The translations under genes and the position numbers were made by a program. A DNA stretch of 64,000 bases from Candidatus Hermodarchaeota archaeon (GTDB taxonomy: Archaea > Asgardarchaeota > Lokiarchaeia > Sigyniarchaeales > SOKP01), in contig JBHLLG010000010.1 in assembly GCA_048885925.1 (NCBI GenBank), positions 831 through 64,830 on the forward strand, given 5' to 3'. The notes under the pieces were generated by a model. The model was not told where the DNA came from. It worked only from the letters and a program-made list of their open reading frames with translations, and did no database searches. Positions 29,048 to 37,510 of this stretch are shown in pieces. How positions within the stretch are numbered: position 1 is the stretch's first letter; each line of letters starts with the position of its first letter.

Positions 29048-29605
29048 TCACTTAAATTTTATGTATTTATGTCCTTTATCTTCAAGAATTTTTAATAATA
29101 AATCTCTAAATACTGATTCTACATTCTGTCCTGTTTTTGATGAACATTCAATATATTTATGGAATTTATATGATCTCATCATGTCTACCACGTCATCTTT
29201 TTTACAAACCCTTTGTTGTTCAAGATCTAGTTTACCACCAACCATTATCAGAGGTATATATCTAACTGTCTTACCAAATTCTGGAAGCCATTCATTTAAA
29301 GCAATTAAACTTTCATAATTAGTAAGATCAAACATAAAAATTCCTCCAGATGAACCTCGAGCATAACTTGATATCAGGAATTTAAACCTCGTCTGACCAC
29401 CAAAATCCCATATTTGAAGTGTTATTGTTCCATTCTCTATCTCTAAGTATTTAACATGTATTGATGCCCCAAGAGTCGATTGTATATTTTCATGAAATAG
29501 ATTTGTCATATAACGATCTACCAATGTTGTCTTTCCAACAGCTTTATCCCCGAAAATACAAATCTTGTATGCAAATTCTAGCTCATTTTGTCTATTTCCT
29601 TCCAT
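29048..29605 (-). CDS. Ras/Rab-like small GTPase
   Basis: G1 GDKAVGKT, G3 WDFGGQ, G4 GGKLD (NKxD variant), G5 ECSSKTGQNV. 185 aa with no C-terminal Cys (ends KYIKFK). Confidence 0.85.
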   Translation of the reverse strand: MEGNRQNELEFAYKICIFGDKAVGKTTLVDRYMTNLFHENIQSTLGASIHVKYLEIENGTITLQIWDFGGQTRFKFLISSYARGSSGGIFMFDLTNYESLIALNEWLPEFGKTVRYIPLIMVGGKLDLEQQRVCKKDDVVDMMRSYKFHKYIECSSKTGQNVESVFRDLLLKILEDKGHKYIKFK

Positions 29606-29783
29606 TTTTAAACAAATTTCATTTTATTTATGAATATTAATGTATTAGATCTATAATATAGGTTATACTTTTGTGTCTTAAATATTTTAATAAATAACAT
29701 TCTATTTAAATTCAATTAGCTCAATTTTTTTTGAAAATAGATATATGACTTCATTTACAACTCATATTTTAATATAATATTAA

Positions 29784-29994
29784 AAAATTTTTTCTGGTTA
29801 TAAATTTCGAGAATTCTAATTCCAGCCTGAAAAATCTAATATATAATAGAATTATGAGTGTGTCTTACATTAGAATTTATCAAATTTGCTTCCATATTAT
29901 ATGCAAATAGCTAGATATATAAAGAAAAATTACACATTCTATTATAAAAAAAAGTAATCTGTTTATAATTCTAATATAATAAAGAGTGGAAATA
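29784..29994. repeat. direct repeat copy 2 (retains a degenerate activase 3'-end remnant KIFSGYKFREF*)
   Basis: Same blocks as copy 1, plus a 24-nt insertion (tagatatataaagaaaaattacac). The remnant reading frame ends in TAA where copy 1 has TGA. Confidence 0.8.
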
Positions 29995-30033
29995 AATATA
30001 TCTAAAAAAAAATAGACATAAGAGAGGAGTAGA

Positions 30034-30834
30034 ATGGGGGATCGTCTGAAGGATAAGATAGCTATAGTTATTGGAGCAGGACAGCAACCGGGAGATACAA
30101 TAGGTAATGGAAGAGCAATTTCAATTCTTTTTGCTCGTGAGGGTGCCAAAGTAATGCTTGTTGACCAGGATCTTAATTCTGCTCAAGAAACAAAATTGAT
30201 GATTGATAAGGAAGGTAATGAATCATTCACATTCAAAGCCAATATTGTAAAAGAGGATGATTGTCGGCAAATAGCTGAGAAATGTGTTGAGTTATATGGT
30301 CGAATTGACATTCTTGTCAATAACGTTGGTATTGGAGAGGGAGATAACAAATTGGTAAAATTAAGCGAAGACATATGGGATAAAATTTTTAATACAAACC
30401 TAAAAGGAATGTTTTTCACTTGTAAGTATGTATTACCTATAATGGAGAAACAAGAAAGCGGTTCTATTATCAATATATCTTCTATCGCAGCTATTTGTGC
30501 CACATCTCTAGCAGCTTATAAAATATCAAAATCAGGAGTTAATTCTTTAACTCATCAACTAGCCATGAAATATGCTAAGAAAGGAATCCGTATTAATGCC
30601 ATCATGCCTGGATACTTAAATACACCCATGGCCATTGAAGGACTTTCAAGAGCGAGAGGGATAAGTAAAGAAGATTTAATCAAATATAGAAATAATATGG
30701 TCCCACTAAAAGGGGGAATGGGAGATGCTTGGGACACTGCTTATGCCGCTCTTTTCTTGGCTTCTGATGAGGCAAAATTTATCACTTCAATTGTACTCCC
30801 AGTTGACGGCGGTCAAAGCTCAAGAATAGGATAA
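30034..30834 (+). CDS. SDR-family oxidoreductase (classical short-chain dehydrogenase/reductase)
   Basis: Cofactor motif VIGAGQQPGDTIGNGRA, NNVG, and catalytic S...YKISK (YxxxK). GGAG lies 5 nt upstream of the ATG. Confidence 0.9.
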   Translation: MGDRLKDKIAIVIGAGQQPGDTIGNGRAISILFAREGAKVMLVDQDLNSAQETKLMIDKEGNESFTFKANIVKEDDCRQIAEKCVELYGRIDILVNNVGIGEGDNKLVKLSEDIWDKIFNTNLKGMFFTCKYVLPIMEKQESGSIINISSIAAICATSLAAYKISKSGVNSLTHQLAMKYAKKGIRINAIMPGYLNTPMAIEGLSRARGISKEDLIKYRNNMVPLKGGMGDAWDTAYAALFLASDEAKFITSIVLPVDGGQSSRIG

Positions 30835-30894
30835 TATAAAGGAAAGTAATGTATTACTGTTATTTTTTAAAAATAATTATAGTAATCAAATTAA

Positions 30895-30899
30895 GGTGA
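30895..30899 (+). promoter_or_regulatory. Shine-Dalgarno-like GGTGA 7 nt upstream of in-frame ATT 30907 (putative true start of the CMD gene)
   Basis: The in-frame stop at 30892-30894 is immediately followed by GGTGA aaaaaca ATT. The conserved N-terminal CMD motif lies between this ATT and the first ATG. Confidence 0.4.
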
Positions 30900-31041
30900 A
30901 AAAACAATTACTAAAAAAGCAGAAGAATTCCCTAAACAAAGAGAAAGTATTGATCGAGAAAGGGTAAGGCTTACAAAACCTAGAGTTTACCCATTAAACG
31001 AATCTGAATGGGATGAAGAGGTTAAATCCATCTTAGAACCA

Positions 31042-31524
31042 ATGATAGATGAAGAAAGTGGTCGTGTGATAAATATTTTTAAAACTCTAGCTAGACATGA
31101 AAAGTTACTCAAACGGTGGCTTGTATTTGCTAGACATGTTTTGTTTAAATCTTCTCTCCCTACAAGGGAAAGAGAGATCCTCATACTTCGAATTGGTTGG
31201 CTTTGCAAGTCAGAGTATGAATGGGGTCAACATGTCAAGATCGGAAAAGAAAGTGGGCTTACTGATGATGAAATTAAAGGAATCATAAAGGGTCCAGACT
31301 CAAAAGGATGGGATAGATTTGATGCAACTCTATTAAGAGCTGTTGATGAGCTTTATTATGATTCTTTTATTAGCGATCCAACTTGGAAGACACTTTCCGA
31401 GAGGTATAATACACAGCAACTTTTAGATTTGATTTTTACTGTTGGTCAGTATAATCTAGTAAGTATGACACTAAATACTCTAGGTGTTCAATTGGAAGAG
31501 GGCACTAAAGGTTTTCCTAAGTAA
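31042..31524 (+). CDS. carboxymuconolactone decarboxylase (AhpD-like) family protein; real start probably upstream (ATT 30907)
   Basis: NIFKTLARHEKLLKRW...SEYEWGQHVKIG family pattern. The in-frame upstream sequence RLTKPRVYPLNESEWDEEVKSILEP matches the usual N-terminal R(I/V)xPLxxxEWDxE segment but contains no ATG/GTG/TTG. Confidence 0.8.
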   Translation: MIDEESGRVINIFKTLARHEKLLKRWLVFARHVLFKSSLPTREREILILRIGWLCKSEYEWGQHVKIGKESGLTDDEIKGIIKGPDSKGWDRFDATLLRAVDELYYDSFISDPTWKTLSERYNTQQLLDLIFTVGQYNLVSMTLNTLGVQLEEGTKGFPK

Positions 31525-31596
31525 AAAAAATATTTATGAGTTATAAATATAATAAAAAAAAAGAAATATTGAGATTTTTTGTTGAAATAAACTACA

Positions 31597-31806
31597 TTAG
31601 AAATATTTTATTGCTAAAAGGATGTCGTCCTTTGTAACTTTCTTTCTCTTGGCATGCTTTGTGAGAGCTAAGGCAGTTTTTGTTATCTTTTCAGCAGATT
31701 GACCCATCCAATCTACTAATTCATCAACTGCGTCTCGAGCGACGATAATGGCACCATTGTGCTTCATTAACCTTCGAATAGGACTCCAACTAATATATTC
31801 GGACAT
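31597..31806 (-). CDS. archaeal histone (HMf family, histone fold)
   Basis: 69 aa: MSEYISWSPIRRLMKHNGAIIVARDAVDELVDWMGQSAEKITKTALALTKHAKRKKVTKDDILLAIKYF. The track start at GTG 31821 itself contains the GGAGG SD for the ATG at 31806. Confidence 0.9.
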   Translation of the reverse strand: MSEYISWSPIRRLMKHNGAIIVARDAVDELVDWMGQSAEKITKTALALTKHAKRKKVTKDDILLAIKYF

Positions 31807-32339
31807 TTTATATTCCTCCACTTTTTAATTGTTTGTTATTATTTTTATTGAAATTTATTATTAATTAAGAGTTAGTTATATAGATATTAATCTTTTACAT
31901 ATTTAAAGATTTTTATTCTTGCTTAATTTTATGGAGAATAAATTGAAAAAAATTGAACGACAAAATTCGAAATCGCAGAAATGATCAATTTCGTGCAACT
32001 TTAACTAATATATTTCTTTTTACGGAATTTGCTATTCTATTAAAGTTTGGGATTTTTTTTATTGTATTTGCTTAAACTTTTTACTATTTAATGATGAAGG
32101 GCAATAATGAAAGAGAAAAAAGAAAAATAATCAAATTCTGACACGTTGGATCGTTGAAATTTTTAAAATTTTAATTGTCGCTTTCTTACATAATTGTGAG
32201 TGTTAGAAGAATTGACGTTAGGATCCTTGGCGAATTCGCTCATTGGGAATAAAAATGATGATACAATATAGCTCAAATTAAAATATTTAATAAACAAAAT
32301 AGATTACAAATCAGATAATATTATTTTAATTATAAAATA

Positions 32340-32798
32340 CTACTTATATCTTGGTAGGTCTTTAGCTTCTTGATAATATGACTCAACGCCTATTTCTTTC
32401 ATTCTATTATTCATTTGGATCCATCTTCGCTTAAGATGGTCATCAAAATTAGTTTTCTCACAAGGAAATTCATCACATTGAAAACAAAAGTCAATTCCTT
32501 TAGTTTTATAGCAATCCCTTACTCCACAGTCTGGATAAAGGCATGATCCTTTCCTACATCCAGGGCAATTCTCTTCAGTGAAATAATGAAGTAATGCTTT
32601 GAAAGAAGGATATTCTTTAAAGATAGGAAGGAATGATGAAAAACGCTCAGCAAAGACATCGAATGAACCGAGTAGATCTTTTAAATTTAAACTAGTTTCT
32701 CTTATTATTCCATTTGAGTTAGCAAAACATTTATAACAATTAAGCCCACACGGGGCTAAAATATTTAATATTTCTTTATATTTCATTTTCTTTTTCAA
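32340..32798 (-). CDS. DUF3795-like Cys-rich protein
   Basis: CGLNCYKC...CPGCRKGSC...CGVRDC...CFQCDEFPC arrangement, typical of DUF3795. Confidence 0.7.
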   Translation of the reverse strand: MKKKMKYKEILNILAPCGLNCYKCFANSNGIIRETSLNLKDLLGSFDVFAERFSSFLPIFKEYPSFKALLHYFTEENCPGCRKGSCLYPDCGVRDCYKTKGIDFCFQCDEFPCEKTNFDDHLKRRWIQMNNRMKEIGVESYYQEAKDLPRYK

Positions 32799-32805
32799 AA
32801 TTTTT

Positions 32806-34284
32806 TTAATATTTATTTTTTAAATTAATATTCTTAATGTTCTTTTTCCATAATTTGTGTCGCTCTTTTTTATTTAGAATTAAACTTCTTAATTTACTCG
32901 CAGAATAATTTTTTAAAGCATTAATAATTCGTATAACTGCTCGAGTGAGTGGTTCAAAACTTTCTTGGTGGATTTTATCCAATGTATCAGCAGGATCGAT
33001 TAGATATGGAGGGGCTGCTAACAAAGATATGAAAGGAACATTTTCAGGATGGTAAAAATATCCATCAGTAGGTATTCTATCACTTCCTGGAGGAAATCCG
33101 TCAGGAGGAAGTAAAATAGAGCGCTTTAAATCTTCTTTTATAATTGCATCGTGAACAATTTTTTCAAGAGGTAAAATTCGACTTATAAACCACCAGCGTA
33201 CTGTAGGATCATCTAATGGAATAAGAGTACCATTTTCGCTTTTTACATCGCGGGCAACATGTTCTAAATGAATTCCAACAATAACTTTTTTTAATAATTC
33301 TTTATTTTTTTCTACAAATGTTATAGTTCCCTTTCCTCCAGCCATATGTGCACAATTCAATAAAAACATTAAATTAAACGGACGATCCTCTTTTGGTATT
33401 TGAGACCAATATTGTGCTTGAGCTAAAACGAGAGCAATCCCTGAGGCATCTTCTACTGCCGAATTCCAAGGACCATCATGGTGGCTTCCTATAACAATCC
33501 ATTCATCAGACATTCCTGGTAATGTGCCTATGACATTATGAGAATTAACTTCAGAGATATTAGCTTCGTATGACATCTTAGCTCTCACTGTACCTTTTTC
33601 CATTAACTTTAGAATAATTTTTCCACTATCTCCACTAACATATACACCAGGAAATTCTCGTTTAATAGCATCATAAGGAAAATAATATTTATCAGTTTCC
33701 CATGGATATCCAGATAGAATTCCGATGATTCCAGCTGTTTTATTATTGAAAGCAGGATCTAATATTGCTCGCATTTTATAATCAAATGGAGCGGTTTGCT
33801 CTAAAGTTTCAAACTCATTCATCGGATCGTAATACCGATCTACTCCAGATAATGAATTTAATGCTCGAACTGGGAACTTAAGTAGGTTTAAATTATGAAC
33901 TCCTATTTTTTCTGAAATTGGGGACTTATTGGAAATCATAGACAATTCAGCTTCAAGACCACTTGTTGGTGTAGTATATGGAATTGGAAAACATGGAATC
34001 TCAAATACTTCCTTAGGACTATCAATTAACCAAAATCTAAGTTTTGCTTCACTAGCTTCCCATTTTTTTATAATTACTGATTCAAGAGCTATATTTTGTA
34101 AGCCCATGGTTTCAAAATGGTATTTCACCCAGTTTTCTACCCAATAATCAGCAGGATATCCTGGACGCCTAATACCTTGATGGAATATTTCGGTAATCCA
34201 TGCCATCATTTCAACCATTGTTGGTACAAGTTCATTTTTTATTGTATTCATGATTTTTTTGTTAATAGAGAGTCTAATTTCCAA
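32806..34284 (-). CDS. M28-family peptidase-like protein with PA-domain-like insertion (divergent active site)
   Basis: GIRRPGYPADYWVENWVKYHFETMGL N-terminal pattern and VIGSHHDGPWNSAVEDASGIALVL (H...D motif). The position of the canonical GAEE(x)G motif reads NCAHMAGGKG. Confidence 0.7.
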   Translation of the reverse strand: MEIRLSINKKIMNTIKNELVPTMVEMMAWITEIFHQGIRRPGYPADYWVENWVKYHFETMGLQNIALESVIIKKWEASEAKLRFWLIDSPKEVFEIPCFPIPYTTPTSGLEAELSMISNKSPISEKIGVHNLNLLKFPVRALNSLSGVDRYYDPMNEFETLEQTAPFDYKMRAILDPAFNNKTAGIIGILSGYPWETDKYYFPYDAIKREFPGVYVSGDSGKIILKLMEKGTVRAKMSYEANISEVNSHNVIGTLPGMSDEWIVIGSHHDGPWNSAVEDASGIALVLAQAQYWSQIPKEDRPFNLMFLLNCAHMAGGKGTITFVEKNKELLKKVIVGIHLEHVARDVKSENGTLIPLDDPTVRWWFISRILPLEKIVHDAIIKEDLKRSILLPPDGFPPGSDRIPTDGYFYHPENVPFISLLAAPPYLIDPADTLDKIHQESFEPLTRAVIRIINALKNYSASKLRSLILNKKERHKLWKKNIKNINLKNKY

Positions 34285-34328
34285 ATTAAGAGTTATTTAA
34301 ATAAATTAGAATGGAAATTTTAATATTT

Positions 34329-35318
34329 CTACCAAATATACTGTGAATAATTACAGGAATTGCACTTTATCTCTTTTCCTTTTTTGGGAAAATAGGGAAG
34401 AATAGCTCCACAGGATTTACACTCTAAATCATGAATTTGATCAAGAGAAGTTATAATATCATGTACCAAAATTTGCTCCTTAAATTCATCAGAAAATAAA
34501 GTTAAAAAGGAGATAAGTGCATATTGGTTCTTAGAAGAAGCGATTATTTCTACTTTACCTGATGTAACTTGACCTATTAATAATACATCAGTTCTAGATT
34601 CCAATTCAGATCCAAAACACCATAGAATTTTTTTTTTTGGATCTTTTGCTATTAATTGTAGATTATTCTTTAAAAAAATATGTTCTAATAAGTTGAAATA
34701 TAGATCAGGATCAACCTTTCCACTTATTCCAACACCCATACTTTTAATAGCTCTTTTCATTCCTGGGATTTGAGAAAATTCTCTAATATATGAACTCGGA
34801 ATTATTTTCGGATTGATTGTTATTTTATCTAGAAAAAGTTTTGATGGTTCAGAATTTATCACTCTAACAAAATCTTTACTATTAACATATGTGACTATAG
34901 TTCTTATTTCTCCATTAAGTCCTAGTGATAAGGGACTAAAATGTAAACTAATTTGTCGTGTGCTTTTTTCATTTAATTCATCAAATTCAATGGTTATCTT
35001 AGATACATTTTTATCTTCAATTGGTTCAGGTATGTATAGAGTAGGAGGATAACTTCTATATAGTGTTAAAAAGTTTGAATATCCGATTTTTATTTTCACT
35101 TCAGATATTGGAGCTAAACTCTGATTAGTTATTATAAACGAATATCTGTAGTGAGCGCCATATGGTTGAAGTTCAGTAATAAGTTTTATTTTATCTTCTT
35201 GATCAATTTTTTCAAAAGTGTATCTATCAATTACTTCACTTTGATAATCCTCTTTAGTTTTAAATATAACCAACTTATGAACCTTATCGTTGAATTTCTC
35301 TCTCTCTTCTTTTGACAT
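34329..35318 (-). CDS. hypothetical protein: beta-sandwich-like N-terminal half, alpha/beta C-terminal half, terminal zinc ribbon
   Basis: C-terminal CKSCGAILPYFPKKGKEIKCNSCNY. No enzyme motif recognised. Lies 44 nt upstream of the M28-like gene on the same strand. Confidence 0.55.
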   Translation of the reverse strand: MSKEEREKFNDKVHKLVIFKTKEDYQSEVIDRYTFEKIDQEDKIKLITELQPYGAHYRYSFIITNQSLAPISEVKIKIGYSNFLTLYRSYPPTLYIPEPIEDKNVSKITIEFDELNEKSTRQISLHFSPLSLGLNGEIRTIVTYVNSKDFVRVINSEPSKLFLDKITINPKIIPSSYIREFSQIPGMKRAIKSMGVGISGKVDPDLYFNLLEHIFLKNNLQLIAKDPKKKILWCFGSELESRTDVLLIGQVTSGKVEIIASSKNQYALISFLTLFSDEFKEQILVHDIITSLDQIHDLECKSCGAILPYFPKKGKEIKCNSCNYSQYIW

Positions 35319-35446
35319 AATTTTTTAAATAGATTTCAACTTATGGATATCTGAATTGAAAGTAAAAGACCCAGATAATTAATAAAATTATACTCTGATT
35401 TATAATTTTTTTTAACTTATATTAATTTACTAGACTTGAATGTAAT

Positions 35447-36139
35447 ATGATAGAAAAAGAGAACATATTTGAAGAGCTAAATCCGTTATTTGATAGTCCT
35501 ACAATTAAACCTTCATTCAAGAAGGTTCATGTGGTTTTAGCTTTATGCGTCTTTGAGGAAAATAAGGATGGAATTGGGAGATATCGTCTTCAAAAAGAAT
35601 TGGAAATCGGCTCTGGAACAGCAAAATCTCTCATAAAAAAATTGAATAGAGATGTAAATTTTATCACTGTTTTAACAGATAAAAATATAAGAAAAGGTCA
35701 TATTCTTACCAAAGTTGGTTTAGATTTTGTAAAAAAGCTGAAAGAGAAATTTCACCTAATAGGTGACGGAGATCCATTAGTATTAAAAGAAATTGTAATA
35801 AAACCAGAAGGAAATTACTCTTATCTTAGTTATGTGAGGGATGTTGCTGATAAGATCTCAAATGGAATTGATCAAAGGGATGCTGCTATTAAAATTGGAG
35901 GTGTTGGTGCAACATGCTTATTGTATGATGGGAAAGATTTAATATTTCCATCCCTATTACTTTCACAGAATAAAAAAGAGCAAATGAAAGTTGAAGATGA
36001 TGTTTTGGCATACATTTCAACACATCTAAATAATAAAAATCTCAAATTAAAAAAAAATGATGTAATTATTATAGGTTTAGGCGAGACTACAGAAAAAGCA
36101 AGATTAGCCGCTCTAAATGCTTCATTAACATTATTATAA
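35447..36139 (+). CDS. winged-helix N-terminal domain protein (DUF4443-like?)
   Basis: GIGRYRLQKELEIGSGTAKSLIKKLN looks like a wHTH. The C-terminal domain with IKIGGVGATCLLYDG is unassigned. The family name comes from memory only. Confidence 0.5.
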   Translation: MIEKENIFEELNPLFDSPTIKPSFKKVHVVLALCVFEENKDGIGRYRLQKELEIGSGTAKSLIKKLNRDVNFITVLTDKNIRKGHILTKVGLDFVKKLKEKFHLIGDGDPLVLKEIVIKPEGNYSYLSYVRDVADKISNGIDQRDAAIKIGGVGATCLLYDGKDLIFPSLLLSQNKKEQMKVEDDVLAYISTHLNNKNLKLKKNDVIIIGLGETTEKARLAALNASLTLL

Positions 36140-36158
36140 AAAAAGGAGATTTTAAACC

Positions 36159-36680
36159 TTGAAATTTGAAAAAGATATTATTCTTTTTATAAGTAGTAAT
36201 ATTTTTGAGAGAATGAAAAACTGTGTAAAAAATACACACCCAAATGAAGCGTTTGGGTTAATTCTCGGCCCTAAACCTAGAGAAGTTTTATTAAATACTA
36301 AAGATGAATTTCAATATCACTATTTTGGTGAAAAATTTGAATGTATTGAATCAAGTGAAAAGTCTCCAGTCTCTTTCTTGATAGATAATACTATTAAATT
36401 ATATGAAATTATGGATAAATCAATGAAAAAATATGATAGAAGAGTATTGAGCATTTTTCATTCACATCCCTCAGGAAATCAGCCCAGTGGGTCTGATATC
36501 AAGAATATGAAGTTCTTAGATAGTGCCTATAAAAAACTATATAATTCTTCATATAAATTAAGAATAGGATTTAAAAATCAAATATGGCTGATAATGGATT
36601 CTTCGAATTATGATTTAAATGGCTTTATTTATCTCGAAGGTGAGATTCTACAAATCGTTGTAAAGATAAAACAAGAATAA
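36159..36680 (+). CDS. JAB1/MPN/Mov34 (JAMM-like) metalloprotease
   Basis: NEAFGLILG (Glu) and FHSHPSGNQPSGSD, a HxHx6-SxxD pattern one residue shorter than the canonical Hx H x7 S xx D. TTG start with GGAG 9 nt upstream, 19 nt after the preceding gene. Confidence 0.75.
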   Translation: MKFEKDIILFISSNIFERMKNCVKNTHPNEAFGLILGPKPREVLLNTKDEFQYHYFGEKFECIESSEKSPVSFLIDNTIKLYEIMDKSMKKYDRRVLSIFHSHPSGNQPSGSDIKNMKFLDSAYKKLYNSSYKLRIGFKNQIWLIMDSSNYDLNGFIYLEGEILQIVVKIKQE

Positions 36681-36693
36681 AATTATTTAACAG

Positions 36694-37335
36694 TTATTGG
36701 ACTTGTTTATAACCCTCTTTGTCAATAGTACATAATTGGAGTTGGTATCCAGAACCCGCATCCCGCTCCTTAGAACTGGATATAGCTGTTTTTAAAAGAT
36801 TTATACCATCAGTTTTAGACATATTTGATTTCCAATCAGCTTCCAGTACGCCAAGACTGAAGGGACTACCACTTCCAAATGAAATATATTCTTTCTCTTC
36901 ATAGAGAGTACCAAGAAGATCAATCCCGTAAAGTTTACCAGATTTTTCTTTTAGGGAATAACCTCCGATTAACATCATACTTAAAAAGTATGTTCTACCT
37001 GAAAAAAGTATATTACGACAAATGCTAGCTACGTATTTTGGTTCTGGTACTTTTCCCTCTTCAACCTCTTTTAACCTTGATAAAGCACGTAGCTGGTTTA
37101 CGACATACTGGCAATCTGCTACGCCACCAGCTATAGTAGCTGCTGTATATTGATTTATTTCAAATAATTTTTGAGCTTGTTTAGAGGCTACAAAATATCC
37201 CCCTGTAGCTTGGCTTTCTGTACCCATAACAACGCCATCTTTTATTAATATTCCTACTGTTGTTGTACCAGTTTGAAGTATTTTTTCGATTTCTTCTTGA
37301 TCCAATTGTCGGATATTACTATTATTTTCCATCAT
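36694..37335 (-). CDS. psmB: 20S proteasome beta subunit
   Basis: Propeptide followed by G/TTTVGILIKDGVVMGTESQAT (Thr1 nucleophile context). 213 aa. Confidence 0.9.
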   Translation of the reverse strand: MMENNSNIRQLDQEEIEKILQTGTTTVGILIKDGVVMGTESQATGGYFVASKQAQKLFEINQYTAATIAGGVADCQYVVNQLRALSRLKEVEEGKVPEPKYVASICRNILFSGRTYFLSMMLIGGYSLKEKSGKLYGIDLLGTLYEEKEYISFGSGSPFSLGVLEADWKSNMSKTDGINLLKTAISSSKERDAGSGYQLQLCTIDKEGYKQVQ

Positions 37336-37510
37336 TTTGCTAAAAAGTAGAATTATTAATAAATTATAGCTAAATTAATGTTATATGTTAAATAAAAATT
37401 ATGTGTATATTTATTTTACTTTAATAAATCATAATTAAAAGGAATTTTAAAAAAATTTTAAAGAAATAGTTCTTTATATTAACTATTAAATTGGATTAAA
37501 GTTAACGATA

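Noticed and set aside
14939-29605. The idea that the prenyltransferase-like repeats (14939-15950), the two CAAX-protease-like CPBP genes and the Ras-like GTPase form a eukaryote-like protein-prenylation system.
   Set aside because: The GTPase ends in KYIKFK with no CaaX/CC/CxC cysteine. CPBP proteases are widespread in prokaryotes with non-prenyl functions. The toroid repeats sit at the head of a structural coiled-coil protein, with no alpha-subunit partner or zinc-site motif visible. The genes are also not clustered.
29880-30149. 89-aa minus-strand ORF spanning repeat copy 2 and the start of the SDR gene.
   Set aside because: It overlaps the SD and the first 40 codons of a well-supported SDR gene, and it runs through duplicated intergenic sequence. 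It has no motif and is likely a shadow ORF.
32088-32145. Candidate C/D-box sRNA: ATGATGA at 32091-32097 and CTGA at 32138-32141, about 40 nt apart.
   Set aside because: There are no convincing internal D'/C' boxes and no terminal stem. The intervening sequence is an A-rich low-complexity tract. Such motif pairs are expected by chance in AT-rich DNA.
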